The translations under genes were made by a program, and so were the position numbers. A stretch of 64,000 bases of DNA from Basidiobolus meristosporus CBS 931.73. Taxonomy: Eukaryota; Fungi; Basidiobolomycota. The notes below the pieces were generated by a model. That model had not been told where the DNA came from and made no database searches. It saw nothing but the letters and a program-made list of their open reading frames with translations. Shown here piece by piece: positions 59,380 to 64,000 of the stretch. Where the stretch lies: assembly GCA_002104905.1 (NCBI GenBank), contig MCFE01000079.1, positions 1-64,000 on the forward strand, read 5' to 3'. How positions within the stretch are numbered: the first letter of the stretch is position 1; each line of letters starts with the position of its first letter.

Positions 59380-61845
59380 TTATCTACAAACCAGACATAC
59401 TTAATATAAAGTGTATCTGTTGGAGCATAAGCTTCCCACTGGGAGCAATGCATTTGCTTTTCAACAATGTCCCTATACTGATGACCAAGTTGTACATGGG
59501 GTGCTTTGAGCTAAGTGAGCCCTTTAAGATACTGGAGAAACTTGAAAGAATTTGCAAGATATTACAAAATATCCATTACCCTAAGTACTTCTCATAGGCT
59601 TCACTCAATATTCATACACAAATATAATAATTTAAGTGCAACAACTGGATGAACTGGATATGTATTTATTCAAGCAGCCTTCTGAAGCCATTTTATCAAG
59701 AGTACATTAGAAGCATTGGGAGTTGTGCGTGGACAATAAAGAAATATATAACTAGAAATGGATCAACAATGCCAACTTGACACATCTACAGCTTTTGTGC
59801 AAGGTGTTTGTGATGTGATTTCAGAAGGTACACTACAAACATAAAGCTGGGCATGTAGATCTCTGCCACTACAGTATCCCTTCCCTACTCCTTCTGGCAT
59901 GGAGTGTGGAGAATATTGGGCTTTGCTTCACCTTTTGTGAGTTTCCAATGGAGTGGATGTGCGGGGAGATAGGAAGACAAGTCAAGTCACAGGTACCACA
60001 ATATCCCAATCTCAGCAAGAATCTTATTTTCAAGTCTGTAATTGAAGTGATGAGTTGGCTCATGTAGGACAACCAGGAAGAGATGGAAAATACTGAGGAC
60101 AGATGTGCACATGGAGACACATATACTTATGGCATTACAAAGCCAAATAGCTTCACTATGTGGGCAATCAGTTAAGTAATGCAAAGTTGGGTTGGGTGCA
60201 ACAAGCAACTAATTTTTATTACAAAAACTCTATCAATGTATTCCAGGTTTCTCTTGGTCACAAGTAAATTTCTAAACCATACAATTCAGAATTCACATAA
60301 GCAAGAGCCAATGCTCACCTATAAGGGGGACTAGACTCCAGAGGGAGAAGGAATGTATCAGACTTGTTCTGCTATATAGTACCACATTGAGCCATGAGTG
60401 CCAAATGATGCCAAAGTGTTCCAGGGAGGCCAAGTAAGCCTATGATTGGGCACTGAGTATAACACACCACTCTTCATCTTCATACAAAGCAGCCCCTGTA
60501 TATGACCCCCCTAATATTGGAGGAAATCCATTTTTTGACCTTTTTTCTTGGATCAATGTTGTGCAGGATGTGCAAGAGCTCAGAAGAGCTAAAGATATGC
60601 ATCTGGTACTCAATGCCAATGCCACACTGAGTTTAGCTCCTGTGGCATGTACATGTCACCAAAATGCATGGCACTGTGTTGGTTCAATGGTACCATCTGG
60701 CACTATGTTTAAATATTGGCCCCAAAGTAAAGCCTATACAAAGCACTTATAGTGCAAGATAGTACCAGTGGACCAAAAAAGTCCCATGCATTTTTATGAC
60801 CTGTTACAAGCCACAGGGGCTAGATTCAGAGTACCATGGGTATTTAGTACCAGATGCATATCTTCAGTCCTTCTGTTCTCTAACACATCCCGCACAACAT
60901 TGATCCAAGAAAAAAGGTCAAAAAATGGATTTTCTCCAGCATGGGTGGTGAAACACAGGGGCTACTATGCATGAAGATGAAGAGCTATGTTTCACACTCT
61001 GTGGCCAAGTTTAGGTATACTATGACTCAGTGGCACACTATGGCACTATTTGGCACTCATGGCTCAATGTGGCACAATCCAATGGAACAAGTCTATTGGC
61101 TAAATCCAATAGTTCTTGGCAGATTGTCAGGAGGTATTAATGGCAGAAGTGGCAGCAACCAAGTCCATGTTTGCAAGAAGTAAATGCTACCAGCAATAAA
61201 AGGTAAATGGCTACTTTGCAAATATTTCACCAAAAAGCCAAAAATTTGAGATGAAAGAGAGATACCAATTGTGGCAGATGTGAATATTAGTAGAGGTTAG
61301 GAAACCAGAGGCAATTTTTTTTTCTGATTTCAGCTATATGAAGAAAATCCAAAGTAGCAGTGGGTAAGCAAATAAGGAGGGGCAACTCTATATTGTAATC
61401 TATGAACTGTGTAAGGGAAGGTAGAAAAAAGAAATACCATTTGGCAAATTGGTATAGTGGCAGCATACAGCACTAGCTGAAGGCTGTTATATTGCTGTGT
61501 TCATGCCATCAGAGGCACACAATGAAGCTGATGCAACACTATCAAGTTTCTTGCCATATAAGGCAATTGATGCATTGGCCTGTAATATCCACTAAAATAG
61601 ATGTAGAGCACAATAAGACCGCATCAATGCCATGCAACCCTTGGCTAAACACCACCCAAACACCCTAATGTTTCTTAACTTTATTTAGCTGTAAAGCTAG
61701 CCAAATGTAGTTGTGATTGCATCATAAAATTACTGCAGAGTGTCATTAATTTCAAGCTGCTGGTTTCAAAATGGTCTCTTGATTGGTTCCTGACAGCAGA
61801 CATGGTTTAGATCCACCTGCAGTACCAAATTGTCACTCATAGGGT
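59380..61845 (+). mobile_element. Host DNA transposon copy D (3' transposase part; carries foldback 3)
   Basis: Colinear with the reverse complement of 44860-46850; ends with the same terminal-like segment (accaaattgtcactcatagggtc). Confidence 0.7.
60360..61094. mobile_element. Foldback element 3: 735 bp, same host site as element 1, more diverged
   Basis: ATC|AGACTTGTTCTG...GGAACAAGTCT|ATT; loop at 60705-60750; flanks equal the reverse complement of the element 1 flanks. Confidence 0.88.
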
Positions 61846-62699
61846 CTATCAATATGTCTGTTATAAGCCTTTATTTAAGAGTGTTGAGGAATAGGGAGCT
61901 TAGCTAGTATTGTGTTCACTAAAATTTGAACTGATTTTTATCAAGGTTCCAGCTGCTCCTTATATACATTTTGTCAGATAAATTGTTGACAATTTGTATT
62001 TCCTGATGTAGGTTGTAGCTGATGACTCATTTGATTGCACCAGCATTGCTCAATAAGATCCTGCTTAATATATCCATTTCTGTCTGATAGGATCTACTGA
62101 TTCATTTGCGGACTAATGCTACTGATTTGATAGATAACACTGATTTACTGATAGGCTAAATATATAACTAATTGATTTAACTAAAATGCAGAATGATACC
62201 AAATAGTCCAATATTTCAACAGTTGCAATGATACATTTATACTTTTTGCAGAGCTATGTAAATATAACTATTTGGTCAATATAAGGCAGTCTTAGAAGTA
62301 CATGTGTCAAGTTTCTGCTCATTTAGACAAGTTTTGGATTTACAGATGATTCTGTACTGTACTAATCCCAAATAGTTAGCAAATATCTCACAAACTAATA
62401 TCTAAATTAATATTCTTTTATGTGCCACCTTGACTGAGTGCTTGTTCATAAATACTATTCATTAGGTGGGCTACTAACTATTTCAGCACTCTTGCTCACA
62501 TAATATGTTTATATGCTTATAAGCTTGCTGTGATGTTGTGTATTTTTAGGTTAAAATTAAACAGGCAATTGACTATTAAACCTATTGGACTAAGACATTT
62601 TCCAATATATGTTAGGGATTGTATAGTATATGTAATAGTTAAGTATAAGCCTGTACTATTGATTATATACTTCAGATCAAATTACTTTGAGTGTGAATC

Positions 62700-64000
62700 C
62701 TGATTTCATTATATAATATCAGTGGATGAGTATCATCCATTCAGGTGGAGCAAAATTTCAGAGATACTTATCATATCCTGTCATACTTCCTACCATTAGG
62801 TAACTGCACTCTCAGGCTTTCTACAGCTTCTTATTCAGACATAATTGGCCCATGGTTGGCAAAGCTTGGATGTAATTTCTCTACGGTAGATCTTGAATAT
62901 CCACAGTTGCAGTACATAGTGTATTCCACTTAGACTCTTCTTCATTTACCCATAACTGAATTGGGATAAGAATTTTTTTATATTTTCCATACAGCATCTG
63001 TTGGGGCCAATACTGTGCAGCTTTATGATAGCCTTATTCTTCTCTGGTTGACCTGATGTTCTAGTTTCAGAATAGTACTTTGAATGATATTTAGCCTATG
63101 TATTCTTTATCTCTGATTTGTTATATTAAACTAACTCCACCATACTGTGCCCATGTGTTCACCACAGTGGTAGTGTACAAGTACAAGGGAGAGATATGTC
63201 CATCACTTTGCAAGTGTTTTGAGTGTAGGGTTAAATACTATAGGCATGTCTAAGTATTCCTAAGAGGGAGTTTGCATCAAGGTTGTGAATATTTCCATGG
63301 GAATGGTGCAGCCAAAACTCATAGCCAGGTAGCAATAAAGTCCATAGCTAGTTTTAAATGATGTGTTAGAGATATCTTCAGGTTTCATCCCAATCTGGTT
63401 GAAACATGACATGAGGTCAATGTTGTTAAGTATGGTGAAACCATTAAGTAGGTTCAAAACCACATTGATCCAAGGTATGAAGTAATAAAATGTTATGGTA
63501 ATTAGGCCCAGGGGTTTGTAGTCAATGCATATCAAAAGTGCTCCATCCTTTTACTTTGCAACAAGCACTGGTATACCCCATGGTTACTTGCTGGGTTCAG
63601 CATATCTTTGCTCCATTGACTGATCAACCTATTGATTGATTGCTTCCAATCCCAACTGACTCATTTGGCAGGCTGACTTGCTTATAGGAGGACTATTCCA
63701 TGTGTCAACAGCGTGATTGGCTTTTTTGACTGATGCAAGACCTACTAGCCCATCCAGATACAGATCTGTATACTCCTTCAAAAGAGTCTGGAATTTCTGT
63801 GAAGCTGAGGCAGCAAGATCCCCCTGAGATACCACTGTGGGAGACAGTGAAATACCCTTTCTAAGTCCTCTGCAGTACTACACCTTGCTAACCTCACTTG
63901 TGCCATGTACACCAGAACTGGCCAGGCTAGAAAGTATCCTTGTTGATGGTGGCTTATAAGTCTGATTGCCTCTTTTGATCCAAGTGGCCTAGGGACTCCA
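62700..64000 (-). pseudogene. Ty3/Gypsy pol (RT) remnant, heavily mutated
   Basis: LLKEYTDLY..GL......HAVDTWNSPPI, PVLVAK*KDG..ICIDYKPL, IDLMSCFNQIGMKPEDISNTSFKTSYGLYCYLAMSFG, all degenerate versions of Gypsy RT motifs. Confidence 0.8.

Noticed and set aside
45462-61183. Repeated small ORFs ending MASFGTHGSMWHYPTEQV, as a peptide gene family
   Set aside because: They are translations of the foldback arms on either strand, with inconsistent starts and stops; no evidence of coding selection.
1-64000. tRNA, rRNA or telomeric repeats
   Set aside because: No cloverleaf with T-loop/D-loop consensus, rRNA-like tract or telomere array was recognised by eye; tRNAscan-SE/Infernal would be needed to exclude them.

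Overview
Eukaryotic, fungal genomic DNA. Short spliceosomal introns, a class IV chitin synthase, a SUCLG2-type succinyl-CoA ligase beta and TE-dense, CpG-depleted flanks suggest an early-diverging, entomophthoralean-like fungus; this is inference only. The window has three zones. (1) 1-3.9 kb: one intronless small secreted protein gene followed by decayed repeats, including two Copia LTR copies. (2) ~4.1-37.1 kb: a compact gene island containing AKR1, a class IV chitin synthase, a PSR1-type phosphatase, an SCI1-like protein, a nucleoredoxin-like thioredoxin, a non-catalytic complex III Core1/MPP-beta paralog, a 7TM receptor-like protein, Pan1 with two SH3 domains, a secreted S/T/P-rich protein, CreA/Mig1, Skt5/Chs4, a Rab5-like GTPase, a ZIP transporter, NudE, succinyl-CoA ligase beta and a large-subunit catalase. 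(3) ~38-64 kb: a CpG-depleted nest of transposons. Several decayed copies of a tnp2/EnSpm-like DNA element host a TSD-bounded Copia (39987-44094), a 3.0-kb two-ORF DDE_Tnp_4 (PIF/Harbinger-ISL2EU-type) element (51326-54354, TSD ATT) and three ~734-bp foldback elements that share its termini; a Gypsy pol remnant ends the window. The most striking signal is the foldback family: 344-bp arms around a 46-nt loop, the loop present in both orientations relative to the arms (flip-flop), and copy-specific transversions mirrored on both arms. All coordinates and alignments were worked out by eye; exon boundaries are approximate.
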